Shown here: in pieces, positions 41,304 to 51,195 of the stretch
How the letters are laid out: every line of letters begins with the position of its first letter
Numbering within the stretch: position 1 is the first letter of the stretch
Assembly: GCA_965204375.1 (NCBI GenBank)
Contig: OZ241986.1
Location: forward strand, 800,001 to 864,000
DNA from: Candidatus Latescibacterota bacterium
GTDB lineage: Bacteria; Latescibacterota; UBA2968
DNA length: 64,000 nt
Direction of reading: 5' to 3'
Translations under genes and position numbers: made by a program
The notes under the pieces: generated by a model
The model's database searches: none
The model's input: the letters and a program-made list of their open reading frames with translations, nothing else
Told to the model about the DNA's origin: nothing

Positions 41304-43145
41304 TCATGGAGCACCCGGTTCGTCGCCAGAGACCAGATTCACGAGATCACCCGGTCGAAGGGTCAGATCCGGGGAGATGTGGAGCGCATCTCCGATTGGG
41401 TCAGGGTCTGCCTCGGTGTAAGGGAAGCCGATGGGGGGTAGGTCGGGATGTTCCGCCCTGAACGGGACCGGTTGCCCAGAGAGATCCTGCGAGAGAGTCC
41501 ATTGGGAAAGGGACTCCGAGAAGGCAGCAAAACTCCCATCCGGTTCTTGAACATCTACGAGGACGATACAGTCGAGGGGATGATCGCCTGGTTGTAATGA
41601 TTCTCCTCCGTAGAGTCGAAGGTGCAACCTCAACTCGGTGTCCTCGCCATAGGCCAGACGTGCGTGGCCCTGCCGGGCTTCGCCTTTCTCAGTCAGAAGC
41701 AGAGGTACGATGCCATAGTAAAGATCGCCGTAGGAGACGGCGACGGACTGACTTGGCTGGAGTTGTATGTCACCGCCACCCCAGTCCACGTTGCCGATGC
41801 GCACTTCCCGGATGGCGTCTCGCAGGCCGAACAGCACGCGGGGTTCGCAGTAGAATGTCGGATCGTTTAGGAATCGCTCCTCCTCGCCTTCCGGTCTTTC
41901 GTAGAGGAGACGACCTATGACGCGAGCGCCTTCCTGGCGAGACGTGAATGTCGCGCACGGCATATGCAGGAATGATTCATCCGGGATGAGGGGGACACTG
42001 ACGCGATCCCCGGTCTTGTTGCGGACGAGCAGGATGTAGGACGGTGGGGAGTGGCCGCCCACGGTTTGCAGACACTGGGAGGCCAGGCTCCAGTTGGGGG
42101 TCAGGAAGTGCGTTCGTCGCGAGCCAAGTGAGACACCGCGATCGTGGATTTCGCTGACGCCTGTCTTTTCCCGAGCGAGGGTGCGGACGGCAGCGGGTGG
42201 CACATAATCGAATACAGTGTGTCTGATAAAGATCTCATTATTCAAAGTCCCCACATAGATGTTGCCCGCGTCGGGTGGACACGGGGTGCCGAATTTGATG
42301 TGGCCGTAGAACGCCGAGGACGTGCTCGTGCCGTGTAGTGCGTCGTTCTGATATGCCCGGGAAGGCGCCCCTGCCAGGAATCCGTTGGGTAGCATATTGA
42401 GCGCAAGCTGGTAGGTAATGAGATCCATCGTCCGTTTTAGCTGGTCGCGGAGCTGGCTGTCTCGCGCGTAGGTCCATGCCGCTTCCATGCCGTGGAGGGT
42501 GACCGGGGTGTATCCCGGGCTGTTGAATTCGTGGAATCCATCTGCCGAAGTGCCTCTGACCCAGACGTCGAAAGCTTCGGCTGCCTCGGCTTCGATTGAG
42601 GCATCGTCGAGGGCGTGCGAGAGGGCGACCAGGCCACCGATATTCAAGGTATAGATGTTGGTGTACTGCCATCTGGCGGTGTGGTTGCGGATGCCTTCTA
42701 CGACATTTGGAAACGCGGCCTCCATTGCGTTCTTTGTCTCGGGCGTCAGCTTGTCCTGGAAGTCGAGATAGGCGTAAACGAGCGGAATGGTGATAAAAGA
42801 GACCGCGTTTCGGTCCTTGACACGGTCCCAGTGCGTCATCCAGAAGAAATTGCCGAAGGTCTCGGAGTTCGGTTCGAGATCCTGGCCCTCGAGTACGCTG
42901 TGGATGATGCGATTGGCCTCACCGGCGTCATCCGTGCCGTATGTCCGGTCGTCCGATAAAAGAAGCAGAACGGCGTACCAAATCGAAGCCGTACGCATGT
43001 GTCCTGTGAAGCGGGGAAAGAACGGATCGAAGTTCCGAAGAAGGGCGACGTCCGGATCGTAGTTCCGGTCGTCGTTTTTGCGGAACCGGTCGCGCAGGAA
43101 CGCAATACGAGCGCGTTGCTCGCGAAGGATGGGGTCGATGTTCAT
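41304..43145 (-). CDS. hypothetical protein, possibly polysaccharide-lyase/heparinase-like fold
   Basis: Start reassigned to MNIDPIL after AAGGAG; YTNIYTL, GFHEFNSPGYTPV, APSRAY resemble alpha-toroid lyase-like proteins. Confidence 0.6.
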   Translation of the reverse strand: MNIDPILREQRARIAFLRDRFRKNDDRNYDPDVALLRNFDPFFPRFTGHMRTASIWYAVLLLLSDDRTYGTDDAGEANRIIHSVLEGQDLEPNSETFGNFFWMTHWDRVKDRNAVSFITIPLVYAYLDFQDKLTPETKNAMEAAFPNVVEGIRNHTARWQYTNIYTLNIGGLVALSHALDDASIEAEAAEAFDVWVRGTSADGFHEFNSPGYTPVTLHGMEAAWTYARDSQLRDQLKRTMDLITYQLALNMLPNGFLAGAPSRAYQNDALHGTSTSSAFYGHIKFGTPCPPDAGNIYVGTLNNEIFIRHTVFDYVPPAAVRTLAREKTGVSEIHDRGVSLGSRRTHFLTPNWSLASQCLQTVGGHSPPSYILLVRNKTGDRVSVPLIPDESFLHMPCATFTSRQEGARVIGRLLYERPEGEEERFLNDPTFYCEPRVLFGLRDAIREVRIGNVDWGGGDIQLQPSQSVAVSYGDLYYGIVPLLLTEKGEARQGHARLAYGEDTELRLHLRLYGGESLQPGDHPLDCIVLVDVQEPDGSFAAFSESLSQWTLSQDLSGQPVPFRAEHPDLPPIGFPYTEADPDPIGDALHISPDLTLRPGDLVNLVSGDEPGAP

Positions 43146-43173
43146 CGGAGACTCCTTATGAGAAATTGACACG

Positions 43174-44358
43174 ATGAGTGAACAACAACTTTTTCGGGAA
43201 CGAGTAGTCAAGGTCGTGCGACCAAAGCACCTCTTTGTTCTTCTGATTGCAATCCTGATCGTCAAAAGCCTTTCGATGACCAGCGGGAGTGATATTGACC
43301 AATTGGATGTGTCCAATACGGTGATCTCTTTTACTGTAGCGTGTCCCGGGGATTTTGACGGCAATCGGAACGTTAATATAGCTGATTTTCTGGCCTTTGT
43401 AGTGGTCTTTGGCGCCAGTTCTGCGGATGCGAATTACAATGCACAGATGGATTTTGACAGTAATGGGAGCGTTGAGATAGCCGATTTTCTGGCTTTTGCA
43501 GAGGTTTTTGGTACAGAGTGCGGTGGCGGTAGTAGTAATACAAATACAACGGGTTTATTTACCAAAACACTTTTCCATAATGGTATAACGAGAGAATATC
43601 TTATTTATGTGCCTGGCTCTTATGATGGAACTTCAAAAGTTCCACTGATGCTTAATTTTCACGGATATGGTGGGATTGCAAACCAATACTTAAAATATGC
43701 AGATATGCGGTCTTTGGCAGATATAGAAAATTTTATTCTGGTTTATCCTCAGGGGACCTTGCTCAATGGAGATCCGCACTGGAATTCTGGTTTAAAATCA
43801 GATGATAATAAAAGTGATGCGGATGACTTTGGCTTTGTGGAAGCATTAATTGATGAAATTTGTTCCAATTACAACATTGATCCAACAAGAGTATATTCCT
43901 GTGGTTACTCAAACGGCGCTTTTTTTTCTTATGCACTTGCTTGCTATTATAGTGACAAAATAGCGGCCATAGGTTCTGTTGCTGGAACAATGATGGAGGA
44001 AACATATAACAACTGTAGCCCATCACATCCTACGGCTATGATCAATATTCACGGTACCTCAGACTATGTTGTTCCTTATGGTGGAGGAAGTAAGGGATTA
44101 TTATCAATTGATGAGATGCTTGCTTATTGGATCGGGTTTAATAAAACCAGTACTACTCCGATAGTAAATCGTATGAATGATAGTGGCGTAACAATAGAAC
44201 ATTATTCTTATACGGATGGAGACAACAATACTTCTGTAGAGCATTACAAGGTTATTGACGGAGGGCATGTCTGGTTTGATATTAACTACGATGGCTCTAA
44301 TACCAGTCGTTTAATCTGGAATTTTGTATCGAGATATAATATTAATGGATTGAGATAA
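43174..44358 (+). CDS. dockerin-like EF-hand tag fused to an LpqC/PHB-depolymerase-type esterase; start uncertain
   Basis: CPGDFDGNRNVNIADFLAF...DFDSNGSVEIADFLAF; LNFHGYG, GYSNG (GxSxG), HGTSD, GGHVW. Confidence 0.85.
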   Translation: MSEQQLFRERVVKVVRPKHLFVLLIAILIVKSLSMTSGSDIDQLDVSNTVISFTVACPGDFDGNRNVNIADFLAFVVVFGASSADANYNAQMDFDSNGSVEIADFLAFAEVFGTECGGGSSNTNTTGLFTKTLFHNGITREYLIYVPGSYDGTSKVPLMLNFHGYGGIANQYLKYADMRSLADIENFILVYPQGTLLNGDPHWNSGLKSDDNKSDADDFGFVEALIDEICSNYNIDPTRVYSCGYSNGAFFSYALACYYSDKIAAIGSVAGTMMEETYNNCSPSHPTAMINIHGTSDYVVPYGGGSKGLLSIDEMLAYWIGFNKTSTTPIVNRMNDSGVTIEHYSYTDGDNNTSVEHYKVIDGGHVWFDINYDGSNTSRLIWNFVSRYNINGLR

Positions 44359-44406
44359 CCATACATTTCAGCCAGCAATCGCTGGCTCATAACCTGAGGA
44401 CACATT

Positions 44407-45240
44407 ATGCAAGTGGGAATTATGTCAGGTCACATCGCTCGGCCGACCCTGGAGGAATCACTCGACGCCATACTTGGGCACGACATCAGACATCTTCAAT
44501 TCAATTTGGGATCCCTGAATATGGAGGGTTCGCTATCTGATAAACTCGCAAAGGCACCCGTGGTTCGGGCGGAGATCGAAAAACGCGGCATGGTCATCGC
44601 TGCCCTGGCTGGCACGGTGAATATGGTTCATCCCGATGAAGAAAAACGGCAGGAAGCTATCGAGCATCTCAAATTGCTTATCCCGGCGTGTGACCAGATG
44701 GGTACCTCGGTGATTGCCACCTGTACCGGATCGCGCGATTCGGAGAGCATGTGGCGCTGGCACCCGGATAACGATACAGAAGAAGCCTGGCAGGTGTTAC
44801 ACAATACCCTGGAACAGGTACTGCCGGTTGCCGAAGCGGCTGGCGTGATCCTTGCGTTTGAGCCAGAGATAAACAACGTTGCCAGCACAGTGCATAAGAG
44901 TCGGCAACTGATCGACGAAATGGGTTCACCAAACCTGAAAGTCGTGATGGATGCCGCCAACATTTTTGGCAAAGATGATCTGCCTCGCATGAAAGAGGTA
45001 TTAGACGAGGCTTTCGAGCTTTTGGGCGACCACATTGCCATGGCCCATGGCAAAGACCTTGATCGCGGTGGTGATGCCGGACATCTCGCCGCTGGTACCG
45101 GCAAGCTCGATTACGCCCATTATGTATCGTTACTCTGTGGACTTCCCTTCGACGTGTCGGTCATTCTGCATGGCCTTTCCGAAGATCAGGTGGATGAAAG
45201 TGTTGCGATGCTCCGCCGTCACGCTGCAGCATACCAGTAA
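44407..45240 (+). CDS. sugar phosphate isomerase/epimerase (xylose-isomerase-like TIM barrel)
   Basis: LAFEPE, VVMDAAN, AHGKD, GTGKLDY. Confidence 0.9.
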   Translation: MQVGIMSGHIARPTLEESLDAILGHDIRHLQFNLGSLNMEGSLSDKLAKAPVVRAEIEKRGMVIAALAGTVNMVHPDEEKRQEAIEHLKLLIPACDQMGTSVIATCTGSRDSESMWRWHPDNDTEEAWQVLHNTLEQVLPVAEAAGVILAFEPEINNVASTVHKSRQLIDEMGSPNLKVVMDAANIFGKDDLPRMKEVLDEAFELLGDHIAMAHGKDLDRGGDAGHLAAGTGKLDYAHYVSLLCGLPFDVSVILHGLSEDQVDESVAMLRRHAAAYQ

Positions 45241-45252
45241 GGGATTAACGAT

Positions 45253-46455
45253 ATGAAAGCCAAAGTCGCTATCCTGGGTTGTGGAAGGGCGTCGCAAAAA
45301 TGGCATCTGCCGACAATGCACACCCTCGCCAAACAGGGCGAACTCGATTTTGTCGCGCTCTGTGACATGGATGAACCGTTAGCGAAACAGATCGGAGAAG
45401 CCTATGGTGTTCCATGGTACACCAGTGTCGAGCAGATGCTGGAAAAGCACCCGGACATCATGGCCGTAGATGTCATTACTGGCGATCCCTTCCATCACGT
45501 ACTTGGCAGGCTGATCGCAGAACACGGCAAACACGTCATGGTGGAAAAGCCGATGGCGCTGACCTTGCCCTGTTGTGACATCATCATTGATGCCTGCCGC
45601 CGTAATGGCGTGCATTTTGAGGTGGCAGAAAATTACTTTCGCATGCCGAAGCAGCGGATGATCATCAAGCTCATTACAGAGGGGATTCTGGGCGATATCG
45701 TTCGCGTGTATTTCGTTGAGCCTAAGCGGCAGGATCCATTTGAGCCGACGGTTACGCACAGCGGTTTGGGCCGACCCATCTCGGGGTTTGGTCGCACTTC
45801 TGGCATGTGCATGGATATGGGGGCACATCGGTTGTCGCAGTTGCGTTTGTACGCGCAAAGCGAGCCTCGGCAGATTACCGCAACGGTGAGAAAGTACCGG
45901 TCGGATTCCCGGAGTATCCATGAAGACTGGGCGCATGCAATGATCGATTTTGAAAGCGGTGCAGTGGGTATTTATGAGACGTCGCGTCTTGGTGAGGCAC
46001 AGAAATACTGCCAGATTATCGGTACTCTTGGCGGTGTTCTCGATACCGACTATTTCGGCCCGGAGATCCCCCTGCGTTTGCGTATCGGCGAGGAGATGCA
46101 GGATATCCCTGTCGAGACCGTACGTCGCAAAATTGATGGCGTGGATGTATTGCAGCGGATCGTCGTGCATACGGAACCTGAGATCGTCTATGAGAATCCG
46201 TTTCGCGACTACGCCATCGACGACTGGTGTGTCGGTCACGCTTCCGAGATCATGAGTCTCGCCAACGCGGCGCTCAAGGACGAGCCTCCCGAATACGGTC
46301 TCGGTGGTCGCAAAGATGTTGAAATGGCCATGGCGATTTACGAATCGTCGCTCAATGGCATGACACCCATTAAGTTGCCCCTTGAGGACGTGACCGCTTA
46401 CGAGCAGATGGTGCATGAGGATTATCTCGAAAAATTTGGTCGGCCCATTTTATGA
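45253..46455 (+). CDS. Gfo/Idh/MocA oxidoreductase
   Basis: ILGCGRAS, KHVMVEKPMA, DMGAH. Confidence 0.93.
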   Translation: MKAKVAILGCGRASQKWHLPTMHTLAKQGELDFVALCDMDEPLAKQIGEAYGVPWYTSVEQMLEKHPDIMAVDVITGDPFHHVLGRLIAEHGKHVMVEKPMALTLPCCDIIIDACRRNGVHFEVAENYFRMPKQRMIIKLITEGILGDIVRVYFVEPKRQDPFEPTVTHSGLGRPISGFGRTSGMCMDMGAHRLSQLRLYAQSEPRQITATVRKYRSDSRSIHEDWAHAMIDFESGAVGIYETSRLGEAQKYCQIIGTLGGVLDTDYFGPEIPLRLRIGEEMQDIPVETVRRKIDGVDVLQRIVVHTEPEIVYENPFRDYAIDDWCVGHASEIMSLANAALKDEPPEYGLGGRKDVEMAMAIYESSLNGMTPIKLPLEDVTAYEQMVHEDYLEKFGRPIL

Positions 46456-46491
46456 GACAACCTTTAGAAAAACCAGGAAAGGAAGACAAAC

Positions 46492-48222
46492 ATGCAGGAA
46501 GGCAACAGTCGTGAAATGGACACGCTTTGGGGTGAAGATGTCATTGCACTGCGCGCTGAAAATGCAGAACGGGGTCAACTCTTTAATGATGGCAATTACG
46601 CCATGTTTATCCACTGGGGTCCATATGCTCAACTTGCCAACAAAGTCGATGGCAAAACGTACTACGGCATTGGCGAATGGATCATGAACCCGCGCATGGC
46701 CAATATTCCGGTTGAGGAATATATGGAAATGGCGAAAACCTTTAACCCCGTCAATTTCGATGCAACAGAAATAGCACAACTGGCCAAAGACGCGGGCATG
46801 AAATACATCATTATCACCAGCAAGCACCACGATGGTTTTGCCATGTATCGCTCAGCCTGCAACGACTTTAACATTGGTGCCGTCACCCAATTTAATCGCG
46901 ACCCTATGAAAGAACTCGCCGGAGCTTGCAAAAAACTCGGTCTCGGATTTGGATTCTACTACTCTCACAATCAGGACTGGACTTTTCCAGGTGGTGCAAA
47001 CGGCCCAGACACAGATGCCGATGGCAACCCGGCCACCTTCGACGATTATTTTGTCAAAAAATGCCTGCCACAGGTCGAAGAAATCACCAGCGAGTACGGG
47101 CCTATCGAACTCATCTGGTTTGACACACCCGGGCAAATGCCCAAAAAGTACATTGAGCAACTCATCGAAGTCGTGCGAAAAAATCAACCCAATGCGCTCG
47201 TTTCAGGCCGCGCCGGGCACGGGCTGGGCGACTACAAGACGCTGGGTGATATGGATGTGCCAACCACCAACGTTGAAGGTATGTGGGAAAGCGTCGATAC
47301 CACCAACGACTCCTGGGCTTTTGCCTGGTATGATGAATACTGGAAAACACCCGGAGAAATTCTTCGCCGCCTGATCTCCTGTGTTGCCAGAGGTGGCACT
47401 TACATGCTCAACATAGGTCCCCGCGGTGACGGTTCAATACCCGAAAGAGCTGCCCGCACTTTACGTGCTGCTGGCAAATGGATCAAGCGCTATCCCCAGG
47501 TCGTCTATGGTACCGATGCATCACCCTGGCAACAGGCCCTGCCCTGGGGAGATGTGACGGTAAAAGACAACACGCTCTTTCTCAGCATTTTCAACTGGCC
47601 TGCCTCTGGCACACTTTATCTGCCAGGCCTCAAAACAGAAATCGAATCCGCATCCCTCCTCAATGGCGATCGATCTACACCTGTCACTTTTAACAGAAAA
47701 CACGGCTGGACCTGCTTTGAGCTATCGCCACAGGCACCCGAGAACCTGGTTTCAGTTCTTGAAGTCAAACTCAAAGGCACACCAAAAGCCGATTCGACCT
47801 GGGCTATTGATCCCGAAATAGAGACCGAAATTTTATCAGAGGCTGCGGCCGTTGAAAATGCCACATTGGAAAATCAACGCTGGATGGAAAAATTTGGAGA
47901 ATGGAAACACGTCAGCCGTGTCCATAAATGGAAGCCTGAAGGCAAAGCAACCTGGACGGTCAATGTTCTTGCACCTGGAGACTACATCGTAGATCTCACC
48001 TATTCTGGTGAAGGGCGTCTCGTCTGGGGGGTGACTATTGAAAATGGTGAACACATTCAAAATCAACAAAATTCGTCGCATAACTACCAGCGTTTTCCCA
48101 TCGGCTGGATTAACTTTCCCGGGCCGGGTACTTACAAAATCAGCGTTTCCTGTCTCGAAGGCGATTTGAGCAAAGCCAGTCTAAAATCGATTCACTTCAC
48201 TCCTGTTCACAATATTCTCTAA
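46492..48222 (+). CDS. alpha-L-fucosidase (GH29)
   Basis: MFIHWG, GEW, TSKHHDGF, LIWFDTP, LNIGPRGDG. Confidence 0.93.
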   Translation: MQEGNSREMDTLWGEDVIALRAENAERGQLFNDGNYAMFIHWGPYAQLANKVDGKTYYGIGEWIMNPRMANIPVEEYMEMAKTFNPVNFDATEIAQLAKDAGMKYIIITSKHHDGFAMYRSACNDFNIGAVTQFNRDPMKELAGACKKLGLGFGFYYSHNQDWTFPGGANGPDTDADGNPATFDDYFVKKCLPQVEEITSEYGPIELIWFDTPGQMPKKYIEQLIEVVRKNQPNALVSGRAGHGLGDYKTLGDMDVPTTNVEGMWESVDTTNDSWAFAWYDEYWKTPGEILRRLISCVARGGTYMLNIGPRGDGSIPERAARTLRAAGKWIKRYPQVVYGTDASPWQQALPWGDVTVKDNTLFLSIFNWPASGTLYLPGLKTEIESASLLNGDRSTPVTFNRKHGWTCFELSPQAPENLVSVLEVKLKGTPKADSTWAIDPEIETEILSEAAAVENATLENQRWMEKFGEWKHVSRVHKWKPEGKATWTVNVLAPGDYIVDLTYSGEGRLVWGVTIENGEHIQNQQNSSHNYQRFPIGWINFPGPGTYKISVSCLEGDLSKASLKSIHFTPVHNIL

Positions 48223-48242
48223 ATCCATTACAGGAGATACAG

Positions 48243-49706
48243 ATGACACAGAACTTCACAGAACAAAACAGCTCTTTAACGCTCGGCAGAGGTGTCAATA
48301 CCGATTTTACCACAACCGAAGTAAACAAAGTCTCCTATGATAAAGGCTTTTATATTGCGTTCAAAGAAGCCGGATTTGATTCCGTCCGTTTCTTTATTAA
48401 ACAGGGCTGGAATCCGGAATTCTATAAACCGGCAGTTGACGATGCGTTGGAACTCGGCTTAAAAGTCGTCCTTGTTCCTTTTTCAATGTATTGTTGGGGA
48501 AAAGAAAGCCTTGTACAGTGGTGGGGCGAAGTTGCGGAATATTATAGAGACTATCCTGCTGAGTTGATTTTTGAAGTATTTAACGAACCCAAAATGGCAG
48601 GACACCCCGACGGAGAAGAAGCTGAAACCATGGCATGGTATTCAGCGTGTATCCAGGAAATTCGCAGATCAAATCCAACGAGATTGATAGCCGTCGGAGG
48701 GCCGCATTTTAATGGCGTGCAGCTGCTCACGAAATATGTAACACCGGAGTATCTTTCATATACGCTCCAGGATGGAACCGGTTTTGCCGATGACCCCAAT
48801 ATTTGGGGCGTCTTTCATTGTTATCACCCCAAACCTTTTACCCACGGTGCAATAGACCAGGATATCAACAAAGATCATCCAGGCTGGAGAGAAACCATCC
48901 TTGCAGATTTAGAAGAAGCCGATGCGTGGTCAAAAAAACATAACAAAAAGGTCTATCTCAGTGAATGGGGCGCACGTCTTAATCATGAAATAAAGCATGT
49001 TGAAGAATACACGGGCTTTATGGTACCTGAGCTTGCCAAAAGAAATATTGAATGGTCGTACTACTGTGGTGTATTCAATAATGCCTGGCCTTACGGACTG
49101 TATAATTCAGAATGGGGATTTGCAGGTGTTGAAGGTGTGGTAAAAAATCTGACCGGAAAAGAACCGCCTGCAGAAGTCCCGCCTACCAATCAGATTGTCA
49201 ATTCAGACTTTCAGCTCGATCTGTCAGACTGGAATTCATCCGAATATGCCATCATGGGGACTGCTGACGGACAAGGTGTAGATGGAACACGGGCCATCAG
49301 AGTGCATGTGCCTTTTACCTTTGAGCCCGACGTGGGGCGCGGGGTGATACCGTCGCTCTATCAGCAATACGAACCGGACTGGAAGTTTCGCGTAAGGGGA
49401 AAGGTGCAGGCAAATAAGTACACCATTCAACTCCGGGAAAGCAGCATATACCGGATCTCGTTTTACGCGAGATGCGAAGTCGGTACCGCGCGGTTGCACA
49501 TTCAGCTCGGTCACGCCCCCGAAAATGACCCCGTCATCTGGACCTCTGAAGAAATAACTGTGGATAGCAAACTGAAAAAATACGAACTCGAGTACGAACA
49601 TGCCGTCCAATCGGTCAGAAACGTCCGCTTCTCTTTTACCTTTATCGACCGTCATTCAGAGATCATTCTCGACCAGATTGAACTGCGCGGCCGAAGACCT
49701 GAATAA
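48243..49706 (+). CDS. GH5 glycoside hydrolase with C-terminal CBM4/9-like domain
   Basis: LGRGVN, AGFDSVR, FEVFNEP, FHCY, LSEWG; NQIVNSDF...YRISFYAR. Confidence 0.85.
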   Translation: MTQNFTEQNSSLTLGRGVNTDFTTTEVNKVSYDKGFYIAFKEAGFDSVRFFIKQGWNPEFYKPAVDDALELGLKVVLVPFSMYCWGKESLVQWWGEVAEYYRDYPAELIFEVFNEPKMAGHPDGEEAETMAWYSACIQEIRRSNPTRLIAVGGPHFNGVQLLTKYVTPEYLSYTLQDGTGFADDPNIWGVFHCYHPKPFTHGAIDQDINKDHPGWRETILADLEEADAWSKKHNKKVYLSEWGARLNHEIKHVEEYTGFMVPELAKRNIEWSYYCGVFNNAWPYGLYNSEWGFAGVEGVVKNLTGKEPPAEVPPTNQIVNSDFQLDLSDWNSSEYAIMGTADGQGVDGTRAIRVHVPFTFEPDVGRGVIPSLYQQYEPDWKFRVRGKVQANKYTIQLRESSIYRISFYARCEVGTARLHIQLGHAPENDPVIWTSEEITVDSKLKKYELEYEHAVQSVRNVRFSFTFIDRHSEIILDQIELRGRRPE

Positions 49707-49724
49707 TCAAAGGAGACGGTCTTT

Positions 49725-51164
49725 ATGTCGGCTTTAGAAAAAACCAATATCGTTTTTATTCTCGCCGATGACCTGGCTGTTTGGGCGGCGGGTTGTTATG
49801 GCAATGCAGAAATTCGAACGCCAAACTTCGACCGCATGGCAGCAACAGGCGTGCGGTTTGAGAATTTCTTTGTGACGATTCCGGTGTGTTCGGCCAGCCG
49901 GGCTTCTTTTTTGACCGGACGGATTCCGTCTCAGCACGGCGTTCACGATTTTATTGGGGGGCAAGTCAATTTTGGGCCTACAGGACAGAGTTTTCTCGAC
50001 GACGAAGTTTGTTATACAAATATTTTGGCTGACAATGGGTGGACATGTGGCCTGTCGGGCAAATGGCATTTGGGCAATTCGTCTCTTCCGCAATGTGGAT
50101 TTTCCCACTGGTTCGCGCATCCGGGTGGGGCGGGTGATTATAATGATCAGAGCATGATCCGCGATGGTGTGACAGGGGTTGTGCCCGGTTATGTGACGCA
50201 TGTGATTACGGATGATGCGCTTGATTATATCGATGCTCATGCAGAAGATGAAAACCCATTCTATCTGAGTGTTCATTATACTGCGCCACACGCGCCGTGG
50301 ATCGGTCATCCTCAGGATATTGTGGATTCTTATGATGACTGTGCGTTTGAGACGTGCCCACAGGAATCCCTCCATCCGTGGGCAAAGGTGCCTGAGGATG
50401 ATGCAGATCTGCCAGCCCGGTCAATGAGAGGGCTGAGCAATAACCTGGGGCAGCGCGAAAGTTTGAAGGGATATTTTGCGGCGGTAACCGCGATGGATCT
50501 GGATGTGGGGCGGATTTTGGACAAGCTGGAAGAAAAGGGTTTGCGCGAAAATACGCTTGTGGTGTTTACCTCTGACAATGGGTATTCGTGCGGGCAACAT
50601 GGGTTTTGGGGTAAAGGCAATGGAACTGATCCGGTGAATATGTATGAGAATTCGATTAAGGTGCCTTTCCTGGCTACGCACCCGGGTGTGATTCCAGAAG
50701 GCACGGTGCAATCGGCGATGGCTTCGGCTTATGATGTTTTGCCTACGCTTTTGGACTATGTTGATCTTCCGCTTCCCAATACGAATTTGCCAGGACAATC
50801 GTTCCTTCCCGTGTTGAAAAATGAGTGTGCAAAAGGTCGTGACAGTGTTGTCATTTACGATGAGTATGGTTATTGCAGGATGATTCGGACCGCCAGGTGG
50901 AAATACATCCATCGTTATCCAGATGGGCCAAATGAGCTTTACGATGTTTTGAATGATCCCGATGATCGCAACAATTTAGTTGATGACCCGGCACAGGCTG
51001 ATCGCGTAAAAGATCTCAAAGAAGAGATGGAAACGTGGTTTAAGAAATACGTGATTCCAGATATCGATGGCCGCATATACAATGTGACGGGTTCTGGCCA
51101 GTTGCGGCCTGTGGGTAGAAAATGGGAAGATGGGAAAGAACCTTTTGCAGGGGCTGTCAGGTAG
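49725..51164 (+). CDS. Cys-type sulfatase
   Basis: NIVFILADDL, CSASR, GKWHLG, TSDNG. Confidence 0.93.
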   Translation: MSALEKTNIVFILADDLAVWAAGCYGNAEIRTPNFDRMAATGVRFENFFVTIPVCSASRASFLTGRIPSQHGVHDFIGGQVNFGPTGQSFLDDEVCYTNILADNGWTCGLSGKWHLGNSSLPQCGFSHWFAHPGGAGDYNDQSMIRDGVTGVVPGYVTHVITDDALDYIDAHAEDENPFYLSVHYTAPHAPWIGHPQDIVDSYDDCAFETCPQESLHPWAKVPEDDADLPARSMRGLSNNLGQRESLKGYFAAVTAMDLDVGRILDKLEEKGLRENTLVVFTSDNGYSCGQHGFWGKGNGTDPVNMYENSIKVPFLATHPGVIPEGTVQSAMASAYDVLPTLLDYVDLPLPNTNLPGQSFLPVLKNECAKGRDSVVIYDEYGYCRMIRTARWKYIHRYPDGPNELYDVLNDPDDRNNLVDDPAQADRVKDLKEEMETWFKKYVIPDIDGRIYNVTGSGQLRPVGRKWEDGKEPFAGAVR

Positions 51165-51195
51165 CGACCATCAATAATCAGGATACCAGTGAGAA

